From Hydrolagus colliei (lineage: Eukaryota), in the NCBI GenBank assembly GCA_035084275.1, contig CM068755.1, forward strand, positions 11,904,001-11,968,000: DNA of 64,000 nt, written 5' to 3'. A model generated the notes under the pieces. The model was given only the letters and a program-made list of their open reading frames with translations. It ran no database searches and was not told the origin of the DNA. Of this stretch, positions 14,143 through 26,525 are shown in pieces. A program made the translations under genes and the position numbers. Every line of letters begins with the position of its first letter. Position 1 is the stretch's first letter.

Positions 14143-14665
14143 GTCAATTCCCAATTCCTCCTTCCATAGGTTGCAGATAATCCAGAACTCTGTGGCCCAT
14201 ATCCTATCCCACTCCAAACTCTGTGACCCCATCTCCTTCATTCTCACCCAGTTCCATTGGCTCCCCATCACCTCGAGGATTCAATTCAAGATCCTGGTCC
14301 TCACTTTCAATGACCTCCATGACCTCACCCCACCCTACCAACCTGCCCGCTCCTCCGCTCAGTAGCCTCTGGCCTGCTCAACATCCCCCAACCCACTCAC
14401 CCCACTATTAGCGGGGCGAGCCTTCAGCCACTCTGCCCCAAATCTCTGGAAATCCATCCCGCAGTCCCTCTGCCTCTCCCCCTCCTTGACCTCCTTCAAG
14501 TCCCACCTCAAGACCCTCTTCTTCGACAGTTCCATTGGTTATCCCAAATCCCCACCTCTCCCTACTCGATCCCAACACCAGATCGGGTCTGAAACATTTA
14601 CTGTCCAACGCTGGGACGTCCTCCCGATGTGAAAGGCGCTATACAAATGTAATTTTATTGTTGTT
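14143..14665 (+). mobile_element. L2-clade LINE 3' fragment
   Basis: ORF 14132-14365 gives RLQIIQNSVAHIL...HWLPITSRIQFKILVLTF; tail gggacgtcctcccgatgtgaaaggcgctatacaaatg plus (GTT)n. Confidence 0.9.
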
Positions 14666-15344
14666 AAGTAGCAGTGTTACAATCTGAAAATGTATCTTTA
14701 TTCACCCCAAGTGACATGGACAATTAAAAGTGCCAAAGTATAATTTGGCATTTAGATTGACATTTGGAAAATGTCAATAATGTGGATTGCACCATGGCAT
14801 TGCAGGGATCTGAATCTACATTGGCAATGGTGTACATGTTAAGACTGCTAATCTCAATAGGCAGATGATAAAAGATGCTAGATCTTCAATACAGCAGGGG
14901 ACAGAGAGATAATCCAATGGTGGTCTCACACATCATAGTACTGTATTTGGTTTCTGAGGACATTGGCTGGGAGCAGGTTGGGTTCCTGCCATCTCAACGA
15001 GGGCCAATGGATGGCCTGAAGAGATTCTGTGGAGCAAAAGTCAATGACCAATTCACTTTACAGTATATTCTGCATCTCATTAAGACATCTCAAAGATGTG
15101 ATAACGCACTGTATCAAACACAAAAAATATTTTTATAACTAAGAAAAGGGACTCTAACACTAAAAGCAACCTATTGTGGTATAACAACTCGATCTGATGA
15201 CTTTCCTGAAGTTGGCATTTTGAAATCACGTTAGCATAAATTAGGTCATATCGTGTCCTCAAATGTTGCCTTTGTTACCCTGGGGATTATGAAGCCTCTA
15301 TTACATTTTTACCTTTGTGATTTGTTACGTCCAACAAAACCATG

Positions 15345-15685
15345 CAGGCTAGCAGGTCGAAGGTTGGCTATCAGGTCTGTGTGGCGCCAGCTGATCTCTG
15401 CAGGGACAGTATTTGGGACAAAACAGTTGTCCTCAGAGGAGAAGAAAACCCGACAGCATTGCCATCTCCTGATTGTTCTGCCTTAGCCCTGTGCATGTTG
15501 ACATTGGGTTACAACAGGGTCGGGCTCCGCTCCGATGCCCGCAATTCTTGAGTAATCTGCTGACACTCAGTGTCTAAGGTCAAACGTGAAGAATGCACAC
15601 TTGGCAATGGTAGATGGTGCAGGGTATCAGTGTAGAACTTGTACTCCACTTTGCTCGTGATTGATTGGAGTTAAAAAGAAAAACA
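15345..15685 (+). mobile_element. Ancient SINE (second family), near full length; further minus-strand pieces at about 29040-29180, 47980-48185, 61370-61440 and 63425-63770
   Basis: cagctgatctc...gacattgggt..acagggtcgggctc..gatgccc..ctgctgacactcagtgtcta..gtgaagaatgcacacttggc; these motifs recur at the other sites. Confidence 0.6.
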
Positions 15686-17147
15686 AATCTATGGCAACAG
15701 ATTACATTGTACACTCAGTGCTCCTAGATGTTTTATAGAACTGATAATGCATGTTCTGCCTTGTTTGTATATTTCACTTTAATAGTCTTTAATTTTATCC
15801 AAAAAATCTTGAGGATCTGTAGATGAGCTGGATTGTGATACAATGGCTAACACTTTGTTTGCACTCTATTATTATGTTGGTGGTTTGACCTTTTGTTTTT
15901 GCGCTGAGAAAACAGTCATTCATTTCCAAATGACATTTGTACCCACAAAGAGATTAAAAATTAAACAAGAAAATGTACAAAACCCTTTTTTTTCAGTAAT
16001 TGGCTGCAGTGGGTAGTTAAGATTACCCTCATGGTAACACAGCACACGTAGACACTGGGTTGAAGGGCACAAACCTATTTTTCTTCCAGCATGTAGCAAG
16101 AGTTCTGCTGAAGTGCTTCAGGGCACAGCATTCCGTAACAGGGGGAGCTGTCTTTATGTGAGAGCTTTGTCTTCTATTTAGTTACTTCGAAGTGGATATT
16201 AACTAAGTGGGTGCAGAATATTATACCATTGGGAAACAGTCTAGCAAATGATTTGGGGTCTCCAGTCTGCAAAGTCTATTGCATTTTCTATGGTCTCATG
16301 AGGCTTGATCAGTCTGTCTGTCAGCTGCAGTGAAAGTTTGTCTGTGCGATGTAAAGGATTGGTGCCAAGGAATCTCCCAAGTCCAGTCTATTGATTTTTA
16401 AAATATATATATGGTAAGTACTTTGATAGCTTCCATCTGACTTCTCAAACATAAACATAACTTGGCCTGTCTCAATTTGTGAACTCAGAGTATGTTTCAG
16501 GAAGTGCTTATGTTTGACTTTCATGTAGCATATTATTTAAAATAACTTTTTTCTGCTTGGGTGCGAATAGCAAAACGTATATTTAAATTAAGGGAGATGC
16601 GTGTTGTATGTGCTGCTTTTAATTAGGCTATTAGCAACGCTTATGCTTTGTGAGAATTTAGTGTTCAACGTATTAAAATTAGTTTGTAATTTAAATAAAA
16701 ACATGCATTTATATATTCATGTATTGGCATCGCAGAATGCTTAACAGTGGCAGAGAACGATGCCAGACCAGAACAACCAGTGATAGCCTACTTTGGAGTC
16801 AGTCAAGCAGTGTCTCTTTGAAGATTGAAATAGTAAACTTCGGTCAATAAATGCTGTGTTGGGGAGGCTGTAAAATAAGTTACTATATGCCACACGTAAT
16901 AAGTGCTGAGAATGGCTGAGTAAGTGCAGCTTTTGGCAACACTGGATTAATAGCAGTTGATTCAAACGTGTAACAACTTTGCCAACAATTGTTGTGCTTG
17001 GATCAGGATTATGTTTTGTTCATAGCAGTACATAGCAGTTGTGCTGAGTCTATCCAGTCTTGATTGTAATAAAGGATAAACTGCTGCTTGAAGCAGCCCA
17101 TGTAAAATGTGCTGGTAGTGATTAGGTTTTGTGAAAAGTTAAGATAA

Positions 17148-17712
17148 CTTGCTTGTCAGCCTTCCCAATTCTGCCCTCCACAGGCTGCAGTTAATTCCAG
17201 AACTTTGTGGCCCACATCCTCTACCATTCTAAGCTTTGTGACCCCCATCTCCCCCATTCCTGCCCGACTCCATTGACTCCCCATCACCCAGAGGATTCAA
17301 TTCAAGATCCTGGTCCTCACATTCAAAGCCCTCCATGGCCTCGCCCCACCCTACCTCACAACCTCCTAATCTCCTACCAACCTACCCAACCTCTCTGCTC
17401 AGCAGGCTCTGACCTGCTCCATGTCCCCTGAACCACCCGTCCAACCATTGGCAGGCGAGCCTTCAGCCACTCTGCCCAAAACCTGTGGAACTTCATTCCA
17501 CAGTGCCTTCACCTCTCCCCCTCCCTAGTCTTCAAGTCCCACCTCAATACCCTCCTCTTCGATGGTTCTATTGGTCATCCCAAAACCCCCCTTTCCTTCC
17601 ATCCTCCCTGTCCCTGACACCAGCTCGGGTCTGAAACAATGACTATCCAGTGCCTTGGGACATCCTCCTCACGTGAAATGCACTATACAAGTGTTTTTGT
17701 TGTCGTTGGTGT
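17148..17712 (+). mobile_element. L2-clade LINE 3' fragment
   Basis: Colinear with 14143-14665 and has the same tail. Confidence 0.9.
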
Positions 17713-20700
17713 TGGAATTCAGTTCTATTGGGAGTTGAATCTAAAATTCTCAAAAGCACCCATTCAATTAAAGGAAAGAATTTACGCTATTACAAAGTGT
17801 GCGGACCCTAAAAGTGAATTACTAGTTAATATTTGAACAACTTTGTTGAACAATTCTGTTTCTGACACAATTTTCAACTGTTTTTTTGTACAGATCCTAT
17901 TGACATTAAATCTACTCTTCCCATTTTTGTACTTTTGGCACTTAGCCAAGCTGCCTGATGGAGTACATACTATGAAATATTGGCAAGCTCTTGCACAAGA
18001 AAAGGAGGGCAAAATTGTAAACAAGTGTGCGTCACAGACTGACTATCCCAATCTCTTGGATGAATAAGGAAAGCAAGACATTAGAAGTCAGCATTAGAGA
18101 AACGATGGAAGAAAGAGAAATATAAATACAAATTGGTTAGAGTGGATCAGATAATGAGTTGACAACTTAACAGGACTAATGATGAACAGTAATGTAATTA
18201 CTTATCTGTAACATCCCTTGCAAGATGTGAGATGCATTGTTGATGCATGTTTAGTAGTTGCAGTATTTAGGGAATAACATGATCCTGAGAATCATAGCCT
18301 ATTTTTATTGAGTAAGAAAGAAAATACGAATAGTCTCTCTACGAAGCTAGCGCTGACTGGAATTGAGTGCAGGATTCATCCCAGAGAAGAGACTAGTAAA
18401 AGTTGCTTGTATTATCTATGACCTAGCACAGTAAAGGGGTTAGAAGTGGAGCAATTGGCAATCATTAGTAGTTAGGAAAGCAACAACAAGTAGCACTTGT
18501 ATAAACATTTTCTTATATATTTATATTTTCTCTGCTATTATTTCCTGCCATTTTAATGCCTGGGGGAAAAAGCAAAAGAGACTTGAAAATGTTCATGTTC
18601 GGTCATTGTTGATGCTCAGGAGGAATAATGAACTAACTACAATAGACAATGGTAACCAGAGGGTTACCATCAGTAGTGGTCCATAATTTACTCCTCTGAA
18701 AATTCAGAGAAGCTGTATTAACCAACAGATACTGCCTCAAACTGTCTCAGCTAAGTAGCTGGCTGGATTTCTTAAAAGGAAAATAGACTGGAAAAGCTTT
18801 TTTGTGGTTGAGTTGCCCTTTAACGTGAAAGTTTTCTTTTCATCAGTGTTAGAATTCACAATTTTGTAAACTGATTGTTCAGTATCAGTCATTTGCCTTG
18901 AATGCTCCTTGAGAACATTCAAAGTACGCTGGTATTGTCATCAGGGTTCATGATCTTCATAAACTCAGAACAATGTACAGTATATGGTCACTGCACTTTT
19001 CAGTAAAATCCTGTGAAACACTTTCAGACATTTGGACGATGTGGTAAGGTGCTACAAAGGCAAGGATTATTGTTGTTGTTATTACTAAAAATGTAATATT
19101 TGAACAAGTCTATTTTTAAGACCCTTTCATTCTAATAGAAAGCTGCGAGCGACATGGGAAGTAGCCTTGAATTTTGGGAATAAATATGTTGAGGTACAAA
19201 CAAATATTTAAACAGGTTGAAAATCTCTACCATGCCAAATACCATTGTACACTAGAGTGAGTGCCACAGTGTACTGTACAATGTAAAATCCAGATAAAGA
19301 GTATGGCTTTTAGGCCATGTTTATTTAATGCTGAGTTTACCAACTTGCTTGTTTAGCTGATTCTTTTCTGCAAATCAGTTGTTTAATTTGTCTCATGTTT
19401 AACATTGTCAAAGCAAATAAATAGTTGGTTATTGCTTTGCTTATCTTTAGATGATGAAGCTGATGAAAGACTTGTTACCAAATCAAGCCAAAGACTGAAA
19501 CAAGATTGAATTTTAACCAAATATTATGCAGTAATACTTGCTCTGAGGCAGCACAAGGAAACAGTGTGCTATGCAGTTAATATAGGCCTGAACTGATGAT
19601 TCTAAAACAAATTTTTGAAAGAATCTGTTCCTGGGCTTCTATCAATGCTGCTCTTAAAACAACCACTAAGAGCCCTCAACAATTACTTGCACTCTTGATC
19701 TTTCTTCCGGTTGAATGGCATTTGGCCCATAGTCTATGGGTATGTTACCCTTTAGATCTGGAATTCAGCAGCATTGATGATGATTCACTATCTATAGCCT
19801 TTTCTGTTATTCTGAATTATACAAGATTTCAGTCCAATACATTTCCCCATTAACTTTTATATTAACAGGCAGTCCATTCTTGAGGTTGTTTGAGTTCAGT
19901 AGGAATCCTAGCATGTTTATAACTGATAGATGTACTGTATGTAATTACTTGGCTGAATCACATTTTTATATTCTAGATTTTTCAGTTTTCTACCATACAG
20001 ATGTTATTTCACTTCCATAAACGTTCTCCTGGTTGTGATGTTCAGATGATGAAAAGAAAAGCTGTTTTAAAAATATTGTTTTATCAGGCTCACACAGAGG
20101 TGAAATCCTCAGCTTTCACAAATACCTATTGGAGGTATGTAGAGGAACAGAAGACTGCACTTCAAAAATATCTTTAGATATCGCCCTATGAAATACACAA
20201 AAGTACATGCCCTACTTAAATAACCAGAAATAGATGCTGTTTTAACTTGATAAATGGGAGTCCTTCTGTACCCACAATCCTTGGGTTGGTACTTCCAGCT
20301 TGGTTTTTAACAGACCTTTAACAGCAAATCCCACAAAACTCGATTCAAAATGTTGAAAAAGTTGTTTTTCCCCAAACTCCCACTTTATTTTCCTTGACGC
20401 GCAGGTGACAATCTAACGTGTACATACAGGTCCAAGATTTGTTTGAGACTCATTAATATCACCTGTAATCACACCCGCACAACACGCCATGTGCTAGGCA
20501 CCCACATTAACACTTCATGTACCTTGAGGCAGCAGCCCTTACATGCAAGTGTTATAATTGTAGACGCAGCAATAATGCGGTCCCTCCAACTTTGCAGAAC
20601 CGTTGAGAAATCTTTCTTGTGTCAGATGCCTGAAAGGTCATGAATGTATCATTTCTTGCCATCTACAGTATTTTGAAAGCCAAAAGTTACAAAACTGAGT

Positions 20701-20959
20701 TTTTCTTATTGTTCTGTCTGCCATTGAATTGACTCTGCAATACGGTATAAGTGGGTGGATTTAATGGCCTCGGGTAGCAATGCAGAACCACACCTTGAAA
20801 CGATTCTGCAATATGTATGCAGGTTGAGCCTGCCTTTTCTGCTTACGCCTGACAACGGAAAAGTAGTTGTGATTCACAACTTGATGTATACAGAACCATT
20901 TCTGCAAAATAGCAGCTACAATTAAATCATAAAGAATTTACGTTTTGCAGAGTATTATT

Positions 20960-20998
20960 ATGTAGAAACATCTTGTCACATGTAGAAACATCTTGTCA
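20960..20998 (+). repeat. 20-bp tandem duplication
   Basis: atgtagaaacatcttgtca occurs twice, 20 bp apart. Confidence 0.9.
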
Positions 20999-21439
20999 GA
21001 TACTTTGTTAAATGACGGAAGGTCGCAGTTATTTAAACTGCAGATATAGGATGATATCCTGGATATGTTTCTGCTCTGTTCCTGCCTATGCTGAATTTCC
21101 AGAAACAATTATTGTCTTGCCTTATCACATGAAAGGCGCTATATAAATGTAAATTGTTGTTGTTGTTGTTGTATTAAATGCCAATCAACAAGTAGCATTT
21201 ACAGTGTTGTTTTGTGACTCCACAAGGTGGGATTTTGTCCTATCCTGAATGCGAAAGATGTCACTTAGAAACAAATAATTTTAAGCGCCTATTTCAGGAG
21301 TGTGGGTGTGAAATTGCGGCTGGTCCAGGATGGTAAAGGTTATTACTTTATTGTATGTTCTTGCTTTCCTCTTAGAGCCAAGTCAGCAGAAGCGGTGAGT
21401 GAGGTAAATGTTCTTTGCAGATAAAGGATATCCTGCATG

Positions 21440-21547
21440 GAACATTAATCATGGGTGATTTCAATCACCAAGGTATTGACTGGGAAAATAGTAAGAAAAA
21501 AGCTAATGAGGTGTGCAGATTTCTGGAAGTATTATAGGATTGCTTCT
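21440..21547 (+). mobile_element. CR1-type LINE endonuclease (APE) remnant
   Basis: Reads LIMGDFNHQGIDWEN, then after a frameshift EVCRFLEVL*DCF; this is the GDFN motif region of CR1 ORF2. Confidence 0.7.
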
Positions 21548-21550
21548 GTG

Positions 21551-21674
21551 TGGAGTCCTGTAGCTCAGTGGTTAGAGCACTCGCCTTCTAAGTGAGAGAC
21601 CTGGGTTCAAATTCAGGCCAGCCAGGCAAAACTTTGGGCAATTTTCTTTACTCCATAAGCATGATAATAATCCT
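21551..21674 (+). mobile_element. tRNA-derived SINE, 5' part
   Basis: ggagtcctgTAGCTCAGTGGttagagcactcgcc...ctgGGTTCAAATTC (A and B boxes); same head as the copies at 33881 and 52901. Confidence 0.8.
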
Positions 21675-21689
21675 TCTTGTACTTATATA

Positions 21690-21747
21690 GTGGATGAGGG
21701 AGAGTGTTCCAGAGCTTTGGGGTGTAGTGGCTGAATGTGCAACTGAA
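21690..21747 (-). mobile_element. Short L2 fragment next to the Tigger-like insertion site
   Basis: Reverse complement reads ttcagccactacaccccaaagctctggaacactctccctcatcc, matching the other L2 copies. Confidence 0.6.
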
Positions 21748-21877
21748 TACAGTAGAAGTCCGTTTATCCGTGACTTGATGAACCGGCACTTCCGTATAAC
21801 CGGCACGCCAAAAAAAGTCCCCGTTCGATAAATCGGAACGTATCCGGAACAATAGTGGTGGAGCATTTGTAAATGCA

Positions 21878-22812
21878 TAAATAATAACAGATAATAACAG
21901 AATATTGTATTGGTATTGTACTTAGTGTTAAAACTACTCTCTTGCGCTTCTCACCTTTACTGGTAGATGCTGCGCTTGAAGCCATGATGCTGCCACATCA
22001 CTCCCACCCTCGCCCGTCTCCACTGGTTCTCCGTCACCCAGAAGATCGAATTTAAGATCCTTGTTCTCACTTTCAAGGCCATTCATGGCCTTGCCCCCGC
22101 CTCTCTCTCACCTACTGTCTCCCTATCAGCCTGCCTGCCCCCTCCGTTCAGCAGACTCTGGCCTGCTCCGTCTCCACCGCCCAACCATCGGCGGGCAGGC
22201 TTTCAGCTTCTCTGTTCCCACAGTGTGGAACTCCATCCTGCAGCTCCTCCGCCTTCCTCCTTTTCCTCCTTCAAGGCCGGTCTCAAGACCTTTCTCTTCG
22301 TCTGTGCCTTCGGCTGCCCCACTAACTCTTCCCCCTCTCCTTCCCCTTCCCTGACCCTCCCACCCCTCCCTCACCTGCTCGGGTCCCGACCTGACTGTTC
22401 AGTGCTTTGGGACGTCCTCCTGATGTGAAAGACGCTATATAAGTGCAATTTTGTTGTTGTTGTTGTTGCGGTTGAGGTTTACAGTCCAGCGATTCTTTTT
22501 AAAATGGAGGCCACCAAGCGTGTGAAATAAACGGAGCGTGACTTTAAAGCCTTTCTAGTGGCAAGCTGATATCCTAGCCGATAACCCACATTGTCGCGTA
22601 GGTGCAGTATTTTGGTTTGCCGCTAGTAGAGTCTAGGGTTACCGGCTTGCTGCTAGTAAAGTCGCGCTGCCGTTTTTTTCACCCGCACGGCATCATCCAT
22701 TTAAAAAAAGAATCGCTGGATTACAAACCTCAACCAGTTAAGGTGAGAAGCGCAAGAGAGTAGTTTTAACAATAAGTAACAATACAATATTCTGTTATTC
22801 TGTTATTATTTA
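21878..22812. repeat. Long internal inverted repeat (about 190-bp arms) interrupted by an L2 insertion
   Basis: 21878-21964 plus 22470-22580 is the reverse complement of about 22630-22812, including an exact 32-bp match of tgttaaaactactctcttgcgcttctcacctt. Confidence 0.85.
21985..22468 (+). mobile_element. L2-clade LINE 3' fragment inserted into the palindrome
   Basis: LHWxPxxxRIxFK-type ORF2 C-terminus remnant, tail tgggacgtcctcctgatgtgaaagacgctatataagtg and (GTT)n end. Confidence 0.85.
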
Positions 22813-25800
22813 GTCTGGTGTGTATGGTGTGTGTTAAAATAACTTGAGTTTTTTGTGGTGGGTTTTCGGCCACAGGCCGCCCGAATATCCGACAGGTTCT
22901 TTAACCGGAATTGGCCACGTCCCGCAGGTGCCGTATAGGTGGACGTTTACTGTATATCTCGAATGTATTAGGTAGTATTAGCAGAGATCAGCTAGTATAA
23001 TATGTTATTTGGTAGTTTTTTCTTCCTTTGAAAGTGATGTGAGTGGAAGTTTGCCTGTAAATATAATTTTACCTGGGGCAAGATACATTTTTTCTGACCT
23101 TTTACAGGAATGGTATAAGTGCACTGTGGGTGTATCTGAAAAATACAGCTCTAATTGATGTTATTTCAAAACACTTTTTAGCAATAGCCATTTGTAAATA
23201 AAAGGCATGGACTCTGCCCGTAGGTAATGGAAGATCTGATAAAGCTTTTAGCATTTGTCAGAAGACTGTCTTGTTCTGTGCGATTTAATCCTGTTTATTT
23301 GTTCTTGTCCACTGCACACTTGCTCTTTGCTAGCTCTTTGCTGTCTAATTCATTCGAACATCAATATTAGGAAGTCGCTTAGCAATGTCTTCTATAAGTT
23401 CTGAGTTGAAGGAGGTTAGCATGATTCAGCCATGCAGCAATGAATTTGATCTCTCAAACATTGTCGCAAACTTTAAATACTTGAGTTATCCTGTGTTTGC
23501 ACTGCACTTTACACAATGAGGTTAGGTGGCATGTTGATTCTCACTGGTACAATATAAAAGCGGTGAGAGCAAATGAATTGAGGCACCACTCATCGATTAT
23601 GGCTTAAATTCTTGATGGTCCAATGAATTGATAGGAGCTTCTTCAAGAGGCCATTTTTTTATTCTATTGAGAAGTTGTCTGGTGGTCAGTGACATCAGTG
23701 AATAGTGAATTCTCAAACCCATAGGTTTGTTATGTTGCAGAATTCTCCGCCCCAAACATTGTGGTGAGCGCGAGTAAGTAGAAAACATATTACTGTACTT
23801 GCTTCCTCTTCTTGCTGTCTGTGCTGTTGTATGACTACCAGTGATGTAGCAAATTTTAAACCTGTTTGGATCTTACCACAATTGTCTGAAATATTAACAC
23901 AAAATAGTCAAATTTGAACAGGTACGTTACCCACTTGAAGGGCTGCCTAACTGCAAGTTGCTTTGTATGTTGACTACTCTACAAAATAGACTAATTATAC
24001 TTTACAATAAACCATTTACAGTAAAGCTTTGAGGGTGAAAGGCATTATATTAAATATAGTGTTCTTTTCAAATACAGGTAATCCTAAAAACAAATCGAGC
24101 TTTTTTAAAATATCAACCTAACTGTCCCCAACGAGCAATGCCATGTAAACAGTCTAATGAGAGCTGGTTTATGATGTGGAACGAGAGTATGAGAGTATCA
24201 TATTGCAAACATCAGCATAATTTATAACTGGATTGATTGCAGTATTGTAGACAAATGTATTGAGATTTATTGCCTTGGTAAAGGGATTGCTGCAAGAAAT
24301 TGGAGTTTTGTCTCTGTCTAAATAAAAATTCTATTTGAAATATTTGTGAAAAAAATGGACAGGTTGTGAGAAATAATTTTTTCCCTGATGTTATAAATTA
24401 ATGAATACAATTGTTGAATAAAGGACTTCCAGTGATCGAGTCTGTAACACAAAAATAATGGGTGTGTAAATTGTGTTTTCATTTTGCAAATCTATCAAAT
24501 AAAACTGGCCTTGCAGCAAGAATCAAAATATTAGAACCAGTTTTCTTTGGACTGACTGCCATTCCCACCCCTTGGGATTTACCAATCAAAACAGACTCAC
24601 AGGCTGTGTGTAGTGAGCCCCTCACCAGCAAATCTAGTGGAGGTTCTCTTTTTTAATGCAATGTGCCTAAGAGCAGACCTCTTCAGTCTTGCTTCCGTGG
24701 CAGCTTGCATTCATCAAGCACCCACTGGGAATTCCATTACAAGCTCGGGTCCAGCCCACAGCACGGGTAAGAATGCACTTTCCGAATGATCACTACTAAG
24801 ATTTTGGAACCTTATCAATGAATTTGTGTAAAATATTAGCCCCAGTGTTGTGCTTGCAAGATAAAGGTTTGCTGTAGCCCTCGGTGCTGTGGAAATAGAT
24901 TGGGTTGCATACTGCTTACTGCTGCTACTGTAGTAAGGTGCTGTAACCATGGTGAAAGCAGGATTTCAGCTCTTGGTGAAGATTGATGAGTCTCCTCATG
25001 CACTGTCAGGATGTGAAATTATCAGCCTGCTTTTCATTATCGCTGCTTCTTTGTGTGTGTATGTGTGCATGCAGGCAATTGCTTGAGCTGAAGTTGGATT
25101 GATTCTGATCCAGAGCCAGTTTGTATAGCTGTGGTGGAAAACAGTCTGCATTTAGTAAGTATACATAGGTGATCAAAGGGCATTCTCTCGATTTGAAAAT
25201 ATTTGCTAGATTTGTTTTGCTGTCAATTAACGAGTTCATTCAAATGCAGTTACCTACCTCAATTTCTGAATTTTTAAGACTTTGTTTTATTTCCGGAAAG
25301 ACGATAGGAATAAATGTAACCGTTGATTTCCTTCCCCATAGTTTCTTAGTGTAATTCCACTCGTGCTTTGTCCTGTAGTTGCAATTAAAATATTGGCCAA
25401 GCGATGCCTTGTTTTTCTGTCTCTCGGTTTAATTTGTAACACAAAAAAGCTGCATGGAAACTATCTAGAGTTGTTCAAAAATGCCAGGCATTGATGTGGT
25501 TGGATTAGCCTGTTCAATGATAAGTTTTCCTCACTTTTTTTTCCTTCCTCTGTTCTGTCTTTCTTCTGTTTGTATTTTCCCAATGAAGCTTGAAATGTCA
25601 AATCGATGTGGAGGTTTTAAGCAACCATAGGAAAGTGAGAGTGTAAAATCCAGGCAGGTATTGCCCTGTCTTGCATGTGAAATATGTTCTCTGATTTAAT
25701 TGAAACTGGGAGGCAAAAAGGATTTAAGAGGAGTTGAGCCACGCCTCACTAGTGTGGTAGCTGATGTTGAACCTATTACTTAAATACGAACGATCCAAGC

Positions 25801-26329
25801 TATGATGGCAATCTTCCCAAACAAGAATGATGATACCTGTGCCCTGTGCACAGACCTAAAGTCAGTGTTGTATTGTGCAGTAAAGTGGTTTCAGATTGTG
25901 CAAGGTGCATTGCCATTGCTGAATGGGCCATCAGTTTTCTATTGCGAGTTTCCCCGATTAGCTTTTTCGCTAGCCCAGTAGCAAGGTAAGTACCTCCAGG
26001 GATGAACGGTATCTAACAGTTTTTTTTTTTTAATGAAAAAATGGATGGGAGAGAGTCAGAGGAAGTCGGCCTGAGTGTGGGACGAAGGATGCGGGATGAG
26101 ACAGAGTGGACACGAGGAAAATGAGGTTTAGAATCACTTGATAGAGAAAAATAGGCAAAAGGAATGTCCAGAAGGAAACTGCCACATCAGTCCTACATGA
26201 CTGAGGAAAGAGGGAGGGAGTAGAGCATGTGGGGTTGAGTAGAGCATGTGAAGAACGAGTCCCAGTGAGCAAACGAAAAGCCATGAACAAACTAATGCTA
26301 AACCATATAGTTGAACTGATCAATCATTT

Positions 26330-26525
26330 GGGGGCTCACAAATTAAAGAAGAGTTTTTCTCTACTCAGTGGGAAATGAACTGTAACAGTAGTTGAAGCCA
26401 GAATACTGGACTCATTTAACTAAAGAGATTGATGCTGTGACGGGAAGACAGAATGGTCGGCATTCTGGATTGAGGAGATTAAATGGGCCAAAGCTTCTTT
26501 TTCATCCAAACCAATCCTATGATTC
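26330..26525 (+). mobile_element. Old CR1 3' fragment, same family as 11920-12300
   Basis: Shares gttgaagcc..ggactcattt..ttgatgctgtg..gggaaga..attctgga..aaatgggcca..ttcatcc. Confidence 0.65.

Larger units (their letters stand above)
21750..22952. mobile_element. Non-autonomous Tc1/mariner-superfamily (pogo/Tigger-like) DNA transposon with nested inserts
   Basis: TA|CAGTAGAAGTCCGTTTATCCG at the left end and CGTATAGGTGGACGTTTACTG|TA at the right end (15/21 TIR match), TA target duplication, and subterminal AACCGG/TATCCG repeats. Confidence 0.8.

Noticed and set aside
21551-21620. tRNA gene-like sequences (also at 33881, 38640 and 52901)
   Set aside because: They continue into a shared SINE body, and their anticodon loops differ between copies, so they are SINE heads.
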